Positions 11,983-23,663 of a stretch of DNA of 64,000 nt are shown in pieces. The stretch lies in contig CM052824.1 in NCBI GenBank assembly GCA_028534125.1, positions 48,236,001-48,300,000 of the forward strand. The letters run 5' to 3'. Positions within the stretch are counted from its first letter, which is position 1, and every line of letters begins with the position of its first letter. Below the pieces are notes generated by a model. The model saw only the letters and a list, made by a program, of their open reading frames with translations, searched no databases and was not told the origin of the DNA. The DNA is from Lama glama (taxonomy: Eukaryota). The position numbers and the translations under genes were made by a program.

Positions 11983-14761
11983 GATCAGTTCATTGATCCC
12001 AAGGCTGCAGTCTCTCTTGCTGTCCCATGTGCTTCCCCACCCCCAGAACCCATCACTGATACACAAGATTATGTCACAGTATCAAACAACTGCAAAACCT
12101 CAATGGCTCCAAACCGTGATGGTTTAGTTCCTGTTCATCTCCATGCTTGCGGGTTAGTGGGGGCTCCACTCCATGTGGTCCTCACTCAGGACCCAAGCCA
12201 CCCCATCCTGCTAGTAGCTGGTAGCTGTCACATTGTCATCCCTAACTTTAAGGGAATGGACAGTGCATTCCCCCACGGACCCAGAAAGAGGGGAACCTGG
12301 ATATTAGGGAATGCTGTGCCCCACTCCAGCTGCCTGGAACCACTGTCTCCAGAGTCAGTGGGATGGAGACTGGGTGGGGCAGGGGAAACAGAGAACAAAG
12401 ACCCTGGCCCATCTCCTCAGTCCAGGCATCCGGAGGCCTGAGGAGGCATCTTCACTCCCCAGCTCCTGGGCCCTGCTAACTGTGGGTGGAAATTTCAGAA
12501 TCAGGCATGAGCGCAAGCCTGCTTTAGCATAAGTCCTGGAGCATAAATCCTGTCCTGGTCCAGTCTTAGAAGGACCCTTGCTTCCAACTGTGCCCAAGGA
12601 CAGGTCATGGGGCACCCTGTGGGAGAAATATGGAGCATCCAGGCTGAAGGAGGGGGAGCCAGATTCTCATGGCCAAGCTCGTAAAGGGCAGAGCTGGGCC
12701 TCCAGAAACTCCGTCCAGAGGGTGTCCTTCCACCCTCCAACTGCAGGCAGGCACCTTCATAATGAGATGCAAGTGGCAGGAGTGAAATGCCTGCCCTTCC
12801 TCTGGCCAGAGTCCCACTGCTGAGCTTGACATGCAAACATGGGCCTTGGGGCAGCTGGGAGGCCCTTAAAGCCTCTCCCACAGGCCCAGGGTCCCCTTCC
12901 CATCTACAGGGGAAGGAACACTGGATTTGAAGTTAGACAGTCCTATGTTCCAGGCCCTGTCCTGCCATATCCCAGCTGAATGTCGTTGGGTGAGTCAGTT
13001 CACCTCCCTGAATCTTAGTTTCCTAATCTGTAAAATGGGGACAAAGATTAGCAGCCCTGCCTAACTCACTGGGCTCTAGGGAGTATGGAAATGTTTCTTT
13101 CATCATGACATGTCACACAGATGTGTACGAGGCATTGCCTTCTCTCCTTTCTCTCCAAACTCCAAACAGCCCAGCCAGGCCTGGATCCCCAATGACCAGC
13201 ACGAGTCCTGCACAGAGTAGTGTTTAGCAATGTTTCGATGAACTGAATTGATTTGTTCTTGATTCATTTCAGCAGGTACCTGCCAACTCCAGGGCCAACA
13301 CTACAGGTGACTGGATAAGAAAGTCCCTTGGTCCTAGGAGGACCTCAAACACATCCGCTTAAAGATGCAAGAGAACAGGAGGTCCCAGGACATGCTGGAT
13401 GCTAGATTCTTGTCTGTGTATCACTTGCTCACTGATTTGCAGCCCATCTCCCCCACCAGGCTGTGAGCTCCATGCACACAGGGATCCTCTAAATTCCCTG
13501 GCACATGGCTCATCTTCACTGAGTATTTATTGACTGGATAGAGGATCTTGTGGATCTCAGCTTTGTTTACCCCCGGCAGTCCCTTCTCTTGCACCTCAGG
13601 TTTCTTATCTGTAAGATGAGAGGTTGGGAAAATACACTGAGATAACAAAGGACTTAGATAACTTAGTTTGCCAAGTTCCTGGATCATCACGGGCCTGCAG
13701 TGGGCATGACTGTTATCATCATCGTTATCACTGTTACTAAGTGCTATTGTAGAGATGAGAGCCATCTCTCCAGGGCTCGGAGGGCTGGGGGCCGGGGGAG
13801 CTCCAGCCCTGCCCACAGTCAGCCCTGAAATACCACTCACATTGCAATCCACTGCCACACCTACAAGTTCCCCCTGCAGACAACGGTTCTTCTCATATTT
13901 TCCATGAGCAAACTAAGGTTCAGACTGATAAGAATTCACCCAGGTCACACAGACTTAAGCCGTGTGACCATGGGAGAGAGCATTTCCTGAGTGTCTGCAG
14001 TATACCTGTCACTGTGCCAAGAGCGACACTTCCTTTGCCTTATTTTATCAACCCCATCTTCCAGGTGAGGAAACTGCGACTCGCAGGGATCATGGGGCTT
14101 GCCGAAGATCCACAGCCAATTATAGCAAAGGAGCACCTCCCACCCTTCCCAGGGCCTCAGCCTCAGCCCTCAGTGCCCACCCCACTCCCCAGGGGACTAT
14201 GATCTGAGCAGTGCCCTGGCCACCCCCTGCTGCTCCCGGAAGTGCCCTGTGTCTGCACCTTGATCTCCACACCCACGATGCCAGGAAACCCCAGCAGGGC
14301 GGCCGAGCTGCTGGGTATTTATAGCGGACATGCAGAAAGCTGCCACCCCCATCTGTTTACCCAACAACGCTCTTCTAGCTGGACACGTTCAGCCCCGCCG
14401 GCCACAGACAGACCCTCACCGCCGCCTCATCTATTTTTTCCTCCCCACTTAATTTTGCATCATCCCAGTTTCCAAAATAAACTTCCCCAAACCAGCCGGA
14501 CTCATTCTGGCCCAGAATCCTTAACGGAGAGCCCCCTTCAGCCCCAGCCCCCACATCAGCCCATAGGGAAGAGCCACCAAACCCAACCCGGCCCCTCGGC
14601 TGCCTTTGGCCTTGATTTAGAAGCAGCTGCTCCTGCCCCGGCGGGTTTCTGACACTCCAGTGCCGGGGTGTCTGCATTTGTGGGGATGCTGGCTGGGCAT
14701 CTGTGTGTGTGGTTCCTGGCTGGAGGCCAAGGATGCTGCCCCTGTACCCCCAACTGTTCCC

Positions 14762-14834
14762 TCACACACACACACACGGACACACACATACACACATGCA
14801 CATGCAGACACATACACACTCACATGTGCACACA
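14762..14834. repeat. Imperfect (CA)n microsatellite
   Basis: cacacacacacacacggacacacacatacacacatgcacat... Confidence 0.9.
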
Positions 14835-15499
14835 GTGTCCCACAAGCTTCAATCTCCTCCAGGGCTTCCCTCACATGTTGGGTGGCCCCTCTCTGCTCTT
14901 TCCCTGACCCCTGCTGACCTCTTCATCATAGGACCACACCCTCCTCCGTCTCTGCCCACCCACCACTCTGAACTTTTCATTCCAAAGACACCTCATGCCA
15001 TCTCACCTCCAGACCTTAGCACATGCTATTCCCTTAGCCTAGAATACTTTTCCTCTTACCATTTGCTGAGCTAGCCTTACTAACTCCTCAGGCCTGAACT
15101 TAGATATCACCTCAGCCAGGAGGTCTCCCCTGACCAACATAGGGGAGTACATCCAGGAAAGCCAGCTCTCTCATCCCCAGGAGGAAATGTTCCCTCACCT
15201 CGGGATCTGAGAGAGTCATTTAGTCCATCCCCCTGTGGCAGAAACCAGGGACATTCCAGAATTCTCAATCATTCCAGAATTACACTTCTAACTTTATGAA
15301 ACTCCTTGAACTATGGATTTTTCAGGCAAACAATTCAAAAGACAACTTATTTCTTCTGATTTCTTTTTTTTTTTTTTTTGCCAAGTATGAGGATAGGAAA
15401 GAAACTAATGTTTGTCAGGTGTATCTATTCCCATTTAAAAAGAAGATACTCATCAGCCCATTTTCTGGATGAAGAAACTGAGCCTTAGAGAATTGCACT

Positions 15500-15870
15500 T
15501 CCTTTATTCAGCAGTTATCTATTGAGCCCTTACTATGTGCCAGGTACACGGTGGCACTAGGGACACAGCAGTGAGCAAGGCAGGCATGGTCCTTACCCTC
15601 CTGGAGATCATAATCCACTGGGACAGGCATATAACACAAAGCATTTTACATATAACTATTTAATAACCATTTTGATTAGGTTGATAGTGTTTTAAGGAAA
15701 AATTCAGGGGGCTGAGAGAAAATATGTAACTAGGAGACCAAGAAACTTTCTTGGACATGACATGTAAGTCAAGACCTGAAAGGAATTAGCCCAATAAAAG
15801 ATGAGTTGAGGAGCATTCCAGCAGGGGAAACAGCACATGCAAAAGCCTGGAAGGGAGAAGGAATAGATGG
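15500..15870 (-). mobile_element. L2 LINE fragment
   Basis: tattgagcccttactatgtgccagg...gagcattccagcaggggaaacagcacatgcaaaagcc. Confidence 0.7.
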
Positions 15871-17559
15871 TTTGGTGAAAGCCACACAGCCAGCGTGGAC
15901 AGACCTGGGTCAGAGCCCAAGGCTAGGTGACCCCGGGGCCTTTGCTAGTGCCTCCCCAGTATGAGGGCAGATTGCTGCCGAAGGAAAACAGCACTGGGAG
16001 CCATCTCCATTACTGCCTCCTTGTCCAGAAAGTTGGATTTCAGATATAAGTGTGACAAAGAGATTAAACAGCACTCATTCTACTAGAGAATGTTTAAGAA
16101 AATTAAGTCCTCCTTAAGACATCTCAGCAATCCATTTCTTTAAGTCTGAATAAAAACAAGTCAAGAAAATAAACATTCAAGAGCTACTTGGCACCACATG
16201 CAGTAATCCTTAGCTGTCAGTTACATTCCCTATTCCCATGACCTTAACAGAATGCCTCTTGTTACTTACCTTGAATAGTTCTTTACAAGTCAGACCTTTT
16301 TTCTGAGACTCCAGGATTACAGGTGTCCAAGGACTTGTAGGTAATGTGAACTGAGAAACAGTCAAGTTCATACTGCCCACCCCCAAGTTCCTATCAGGCC
16401 AGTGAGCTGTTTTGGGGTTCCCCAGTGTGCCAGGGACGGGTCTAATGGGGCTTTCCCACCCTTGAAGAGTTTGTTTTCTGGGTTGAATCCTAATAGCAGC
16501 TTCAACACAGGCTCAGATTCAAACTTCTGGCACAAGGCATAGTGCTAACGAGGCTTCCATGTCCCCCAGATGACACTTGGCTTCCCAAAGGAATCAGCAT
16601 CAATTCTAGCTCAAGTCACTTTCAAGAGTTAAGCAGAAGGCTCAGCCACGAGAAGTGTTTTCATCCCAGCCCTGTTTCTGGAAGGAAAGAGCAAGCTCCC
16701 AGCTGACTCAGTGAGGTGGGGTCAGGGCCCGAAGGAGCAGACCAAAGGATGAAGGCGGAGAGAAGTCAGCTTCCAGGATGCGATCCAGATAGCAAGAGCG
16801 GACCAGGACAACAGCCCTGTCAGGGACCAGAACCATGACTTAAGGATGTGTTGGTGGATAAGACCCCAGGTCTGACAGCCAGGGGTGCACAGGGAACCTG
16901 TGATGACAGGCAAAGGAGAATGACCTCTGTGCTGATCTGTGAGGAACCCCTCCTTCAGATGGATGGAGAAGGTAGGCATCATTTCTCCTGGGCAGCAACT
17001 GAGGGCATAGCAAAGTTAGAACCACTCTAGGGGGAGATCACTACCACTTCAAGATCAGGATTTAGAGTCCTAGAATCACAGGCTATTTTGGGTTTGTTTT
17101 TCTCCTCAGCTCTAGAAAAGACTTGACAGAGGACAGGTTAAGAAATCCCAGGGTTCCAGGCAGAGAAAATGGGCTTGACCTAAAGCAGGAAAGACTACAG
17201 TTAGACATGAGATAGACATGAGATTCCTGAACATCCTCAGATGAGTTTCCGATGGCAGTTCTCAATCCCTGAGACCAGAATGCAGAAAGACCTGCCCAGA
17301 CTGATGAGGCCCAATCAGAGGGGCCCAGCTTTCCTAAGTCTGAGGACCCCTCCTTCAGAGCAAAAGATTCCATAGCAGGTGTACTTGTCATCTACATTGA
17401 TGGTAAAATAGCAAAAAGAGACCATAAATGTTTTAATGCTTTTCCATGACTTCGCATTACATTCATCACAAAGTTCTCTATGACCATTGAAAAATTAATG
17501 GTACAGCCCAGCATCATTTATGAAATCTTCTGGCTTTCCTCCAAAAACAAACAAACAAA

Positions 17560-18400
17560 CAACACCACCAAAAAAAGTTGAGCTGGATCTATTCAGCCTT
17601 TAAAGACAGGAAATACAGGGATGGAAGAATACATTAACTGACAGAGATTACAGCCAACGCAGGATGAAGACCCTCTACAGATCCATGAAGGTGATGTCTG
17701 CAACAATCAAGTCCATTAAAAAAAAAAACAAAAGCAGGTAGGGGATAGAGGAACATGCTCCAAATTAAGAAAAATTGAGATGTCACCACCAAATGTTATA
17801 AGTGGACCTTGTCTGAGTCCTGATTGGACAAATCATCTGTAAACAGAAGACTTTTGAAACTACTGGGGACATTTGATTAGGATGTTAGTGTTAATTTCAT
17901 TAGAGGAGATGACAGCATGGCAGTCATGTCCATGGGTTTTGGACAGTAGTGTGCCTGTAAATGTTTTAACAACCGGCTCTCTGCTGTGGGGGATGGAGGG
18001 CGCCCTGGTTTGTAGCATTTGCCAATTTCCGTGGTGTAAATACTCCCACCACAGCTGATTTCAAGCTACCAACATGACATCACTGAACACGGAGTTGAGA
18101 AGAGACCACACAGTTGGCTCTCAGCAGCCAGAAACCAGCTGGCTTCAACCCTCCACTGGTTTTAGAGATCTACACTGAAGTATGTGCAGGAGACACAACA
18201 AGATATCTGGAATGTGTTTTGAAATATTGCCCTAAAGAAAAAGAGAAACAAGAACAACAAAAATGAGTAGATGAAGCAGATGGGACAAAATATTGCTAAA
18301 CTGCTAAATCTGGGTGATGCAGACACAGGGATTTATTACAGTACGGCTTTCTTCTATTGTGCATATTTGAACATTTTCATAATAAAGCATTTAAAACTAC
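17560..18400 (+). mobile_element. Old L1 (L1MC/ME-like) 3' fragment hosting a MER63-like insertion
   Basis: Degenerate L1 3' end motifs (gtggaccttgtctgagtcctgatt; tgaacattttcataataaa) on both sides of the DNA transposon. Confidence 0.6.
17944..18158. mobile_element. hAT DNA transposon, MER63A-like
   Basis: CAGT...ACTG termini and 8-bp TSD gttttgga (17936-17943) / gttttaga (18159-18166). Confidence 0.8.
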
Positions 18401-18914
18401 AATCATCATAGACAGGCAAGAGAGTTTTATTCCAAGACTTCTAGGTGTGCGCACTGATTCCTGGACCCCTACCCTAACTTCACAGGCCCCCAGGGGTCTG
18501 AAGATAAAGAATGGGAACCACAGGCATTGACATCACATGCCTAAACCCATTTATCAATCCATCAACAGGTCATAACCAAGGTGTCTCCATGGACCCGGTA
18601 CTAGGCAAAGGGTCCCCAGAAGAGAAAAGCGACACGGGTCTTGACTGGAAGTCCTGGGTTGTGCTATCTGCTAACAGAGTGATCTTCGGCAAGTTATCCC
18701 AACTTTCTGAGCCCCTATTTCCTCTTTGGCAAAATAAAGACATTAATAACCTATGGTGAGAATTAAATTACAATACATAGGCACAGCTCCTGACACACAG
18801 TAGGATGTTCAGGAAACACTGGCTTCCTTCCTTCCCAGAGGGCTCTGTAGAGGGATGCAGGGACACGTGTGAGCCATTAAAGATGTGCAGAGATGGCTTT
18901 CTTCACACAAGAAA

Positions 18915-19080
18915 GTGGGTGCCCTATTGCCAAATCTCCCCATTTTTCAAGAGAAGCTGGGGGTCTCGCTTCTTATGTGAAATCTCCCAATCTTGAAATG
19001 TTGTCAACAAATTCATACATTTAAAAACATTGGGCGGGCCAAGTAAAACACACCTGCAGACCACTGGAGTGTGACTTCTG
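18915..19080. mobile_element. hAT-Charlie fragment (MER102-like)
   Basis: tttttcaagagaagc...tatgtgaaatctccc...gcgggccaagtaaaacaca; family assignment uncertain. Confidence 0.5.
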
Positions 19081-20129
19081 GTTTAAACCATACAACAAGA
19101 TGAAGAGCTAACGTTCGTGGAAGCTGGGCCCTGTGCTTCGAAGGCTTTACACACATTATCACACTGATTCCTCGCAATATCCCTATGACCCCCATTGCAC
19201 AGGTGAGGAAACTGAGGCTCAGATTGGCAAAGTGATCTGGCCGGGCTGAAAACAAATATAGGTCTTCCTGAGAACTCGAAGTTCCACTTTATCCTCTCTC
19301 TAGATTCCTAGAAGGGTCTTTAGGGAGCAAATGCCAGGCCCAGAGAGGGGCAGGGAGCTAGCTGCCCAGGGCCACACAAGCACACATGGCTGGCTGAAAC
19401 TGATCAGGTTTCCGGTGCTCTTTGGGAACGAGGCCCCAGGGTGGACAGCTCTGGAGAAGACATCTGTGCAGATCTGTCCAGCTAATCCTGAGATGGTGCA
19501 GACCACAGTGGCAGGAAAGGCACTCTCTACTTTTTATCTCCTTGAACAATGCATATATAGACTTAAGAATGTTCTAGACACCAAGCCTAGGCCCTCAGTT
19601 TCTCATCTCAAAACTCTGGGAAGTTGGACTGGAAATCCCAGCCACCAGCTGACCAGATGCTCCATTACCGGGTACTTCTAAGATCGGGCTGGAAACACAG
19701 CCAACCATGTTGCTTTGGACTCAGTCACTGAGAGCTGGCAATAATTTAGACACGCAGTATATGATTCTTTCTGATTAGAAACTTTGCCAGGTTTCCCCTC
19801 CTTGGTGAATTTTCATAGTTTTACCAGTAAAGGAGGAGAACTCACTCCAAAAATGGGCCACTCCGAAAGTTAAGAAACTGTTTCTTTGACCAAGTAACAG
19901 AAAACAACTAACACGAGTTCAGATTCCCGTTTGTGTGGGGTGCTCAATGCACTGGGCAGAGAGGAGATTCAGAGGGTGGAGACCCCACCTCAGTCCTGGA
20001 GGGTTTATAGTAACTGCCAGGAGGAGCCTAGAAAAACCTCATGGCCGCACCTTCTGGACCCAGACATTAATCTTGACATACGGAAAATTCTTGTCTTTTA
20101 AAGAGTGGGTGATTCAGCATCCGGAGCAC

Positions 20130-20440
20130 CTCTGTCCAAACCTTGGCTGTGCCACTTACTAGCCATGTGACTATAGGCAAGTCATTTTACCCCCTGTGCC
20201 TCAGTTTCTCTGTATGTAAAGTGGGAGTAACAATAATAGTGCCAATGTCATAGGGTCATTGATAATATCTTAAAGCACGTTAGAGCAGCACCTGGGTTTC
20301 ACCACCTGTACGTGGGAATAACAACGGCATCTACTTCTGAGGGCTGTGGCCAGAATTAAATCAGTTAATATAAGCAAAACATCTGGAACAACAGCTGGCA
20401 CATCGAAAGTACTAGATACATGTTTGCTGTTATCATATGC
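20130..20440 (+). mobile_element. Tandem MIR fragments
   Basis: gccacttactagccatgtgact...gcctcagtttc...gtaaagtggg, followed by a second partial core. Confidence 0.7.
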
Positions 20441-21069
20441 AATCACTATGAAAGAGCTATTGATGGCTGAACTTTTTAATTAATTTATACTTATAACTTC
20501 ACAACTGAAGTGCTCTTGAAAGCTGGAAGAGCGTTTTCTCAAAGAGACTTTCACATTAAGACTTTCCACTGACTCAGACCAAAGGACTCCTCCTCTCCCT
20601 TATCACGATCAGGGCGGGCCTTTCTGGCCGGGGACCTCAGCTCCCTCCCTCTCCTCTACTCTCTGCTCCTTCCAGCTCCCAGGACTCACACTCACTGCTT
20701 CATATGCATCTCCCAGCAGCCCCAGGAGAAGGGGAGTCAGGTAGCATTGTCCACACCTGACGGTACAGACATCGGAGGTCCAGCAGCTCCCCAAATGTCC
20801 GGAGCATGTGCTGCGGGACAGGGGCTCAAGCCCAAGTATCAGAGCCACAGGCACCAGCCAGCCGAGGGGCTGAGGATGTGGCTCTGGAGTCTCAGGGCCA
20901 CCACTTTCCTTGGGCAAATCACTGCTCTAACCCTCATTTCCTCATCTGTAAAATGGAGAAAAGAACAGTACCTGCTTCCCAGACTTCTTGTGAGAATTGA
21001 ATGAATGACAGCATGTAAAGCAGTTAAAACAACGCCTGGCATACGAGGGCGAGGGCTCAATATTTTAGC

Positions 21070-21198
21070 AAAATGAGACATCTTAGTTTGCCTGGCACAG
21101 TCCTGCTTTATGCCTGATACTCCAGTAAAACTTCCAGTTAGAGTCCCCAGTCACTCTCAAAGATGTCCTGGTTTGGAAAGAAGCTATATGGCCACCCT
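21070..21198. mobile_element. MER94-like DNA transposon fragment
   Basis: gtttgcctggcacagtcctg...gtcctggtttgga...tatatggccacccta terminus. Confidence 0.6.
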
Positions 21199-21769
21199 AA
21201 AATAATTGCCTGCTGCTGTTTAAATTATTATTATTATTACTATCATTATTTTCCATCATACCACGCTGAGACTCTAAGAAGCTAATACATTGGTTCAAAA
21301 TAGTTCAGTAATTCAGTACCACTCTTAGATGAGAGTGGCCCCTGCCCTTGGGACCCCGAACTCTGGTCTTTCTCCAGCTAAGCTCTCCCCACATGGAGAG
21401 GAGAACATGAGGCCAGGGGACATGCCACCTGGAGCCTGTGCCCCCTCTAGACACCACCCCCTTGGTACTCAGGGCCCTGGGATTATCTGCCCATATGGCC
21501 CTAAGCCCACTTCCAGGATCCGGGCAGATCTCTTCTGCAGACCCACCCCCTGAGGTTGGGTGACACCACTGATGTGCCCAGCCCTGTGGACAAGGGGTAG
21601 CCAAGGAGCAGCTCTTGGGGGAGGGGGGGATGGCGTGGACCAAGCTTGCGTGTACAGGCTGAGATGTTCACACGTGTGTGCACAAGGCTCCTTAAAGGGC
21701 AGGCCAGAGGCAGAGGTGGAAAAGGAGGGGGTCTCCTCTCCCTGTGCCCCCATGCTCTAGTGCGGGGTC

Positions 21770-21950
21770 TGAGGAGTCTGAAAATTCTACCTTCAGAGCT
21801 GGCCTTCCGGGTTGTTATGAAAGTGTGCTTGTCAAAGTAGGAGAATAGAACATATTTTATTTCACATTTTGTTAGCTTGATTTATAACTTGCAAATATTT
21901 AGACATATGGTATGTGAGCCTCCATCTGTACTCTAGCTCGGCCCCACAAA
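21770..21950 (-). mobile_element. hAT-Tip100 fragment (MER115/Zaphod-like)
   Basis: gtcaaagtaggagaatagaacatattttattt...tttagacatatggtatgtgagcctccat resembles the recalled consensus. Confidence 0.5.
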
Positions 21951-23221
21951 TCCCTGCCACCTCCTGCCCACTCTCAACACCAAATGTTTACTGAGCCCCT
22001 CCTCTGTGCTGCGCCCAGAGGACTCCATGGAGTGAAGAGTACCCTTCCAGCACCCAAATGTGACCATCTACATGGGAGCAAACCTCATGCTCCCGGAACA
22101 GTGAAGAGCACAGGGTCGCTGGTGGGAGTGTGAGCCTGCTCTACAGCTCTGTCCCCAACCCTGGTGAGGTGGGGCAGCTCCCTGGCCCTCTCTGGGCCTT
22201 AGTTTCCCCATTTACACAAGAGAGCTTTCCAGCCATGGGAGGCTGTATAATGCAGGCTGAGGCAGGGTGAGGAAGAATACAATCAGGTCAGGAACCTGGA
22301 GGAGGCGTGACCTGGGGATGGGCAAATAGCTCCCACCAGTCACTAAGGTGTGGAACTGATCACTCTGCACCAGCCAGGCACAGGCTGCAGCCCTTTTCTC
22401 TTCATTCATTCATTCCACAAACATTGCAGCCACCTACGCTGTGCCAGCTAGGGGCTGATCTGCCGGATCTGGAAGGATAAATAAAACAAGCACACAGAAA
22501 ACCAAAAAGCAAAGCAAGACTTGGCAAGTGTGCTTGAGACCTTTCTTCATTTCCTTCTAACCTCACAAACCCCAGGTCTTATGTCCAATTCTCGGATGAG
22601 AAAAACAGAGGACCAGCAAGATAAGGGACTTGGTCAAGACCCTGTTGCTTAGGTCGCGCCCAGATCTTGTGGCCAGCCAGAAGCGAGGTTTCGGATTCCG
22701 GCAGTCTCCGGCCACTGTCCCAAGCTGCCCGAAGCTGGGGAGGCCCCGTCCAGCTCCCGGAAGGCTGGAGGGAGGTGAGCGCCAGGGAGGGGCCGGACCA
22801 GAGGACGCGCCGGCTGGGAGGCAGGGAGGGGCCTGGCGAGGGGCGGCCGGGCAGGCGGCACCGAACGCCCGGGTGCGCAGCCCCAGGCGCCCGGAGCGCT
22901 AGCGGCCGGGCGCGCGCGAGCGGCAGCCGCGCTCGGGCCGGTCAGCCACGGTCGGGCCGGGGTCGGGCTCCGAGGCGCCGGCGGGGGGCGAGGCGGGGCG
23001 GCGAGGGCGACGCTGCAGTGCCCGCAGCGGCGGGCTGGGGGAGCTGTGCCCGCCTGTCCCCCAGGCTCAGGCGGGGACCGGGCAGCTGGGTCGCCGCGCC
23101 TCTAGCCCGACCGAGCTAGACGACGCGCAGCCAGGCGTGCCTGGAGCGGGCTTGGGCTCCAGGTTCTCCCGGGCGCCCGGCCGGGGAGACCCCCGGAGAA
23201 GCCAGTCCCGCGGGCCAGGGC

Positions 23222-23438
23222 NNNNNNNNNNNNNNNNNNNNNNNNNNNNNNNNNNNNNNNNNNNNNNNNNNNNNNNNNNNNNNNNNNNNNNNNNNNNNNN
23301 NNNNNNNNNNNNNNNNNNNNNNNNNNNNNNNNNNNNNNNNNNNNNNNNNNNNNNNNNNNNNNNNNNNNNNNNNNNNNNNNNNNNNNNNNNNNNNNNNNNN
23401 NNNNNNNNNNNNNNNNNNNNNNNNNNNNNNNNNNNNNN
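23222..23438. other. Assembly gap (N run) in the WNT4 core promoter; other gaps at 24633-24788, 32426-32565, 40627-40773, 40791-40941 and 57544-57683
   Basis: Runs of n in the sequence. Confidence 1.
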
Positions 23439-23586
23439 AGGCACGGAGGCAGAGCCCCGCCGCGCGCGCCCCGGCCCGCGCCCGGCGCCGCGCCCCAGCC
23501 CACCCGCGGGGCGCCCACCTGCTGCCCCGACGGGAGGACCCCGCGGCCGCAGCCGCTGCCCAGGGCCGGGCGCCCGCGGCGGCACC

Positions 23587-23663
23587 ATGAGTCCCCGCTC
23601 GTGCCTGCGTTCGCTGCGCCTGCTGGTCTTCGCCGTCTTCTCGGCCGCCGCGAGCAACTGGCT
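23587..23663 (+). CDS. WNT4: WNT4 coding exon 1 (signal peptide)
   Basis: ggcaccATG (A at -3), [25 protein letters not shown] + CT, donor GTAAGT at 23664; 77 nt, phase 2. Confidence 0.98.
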
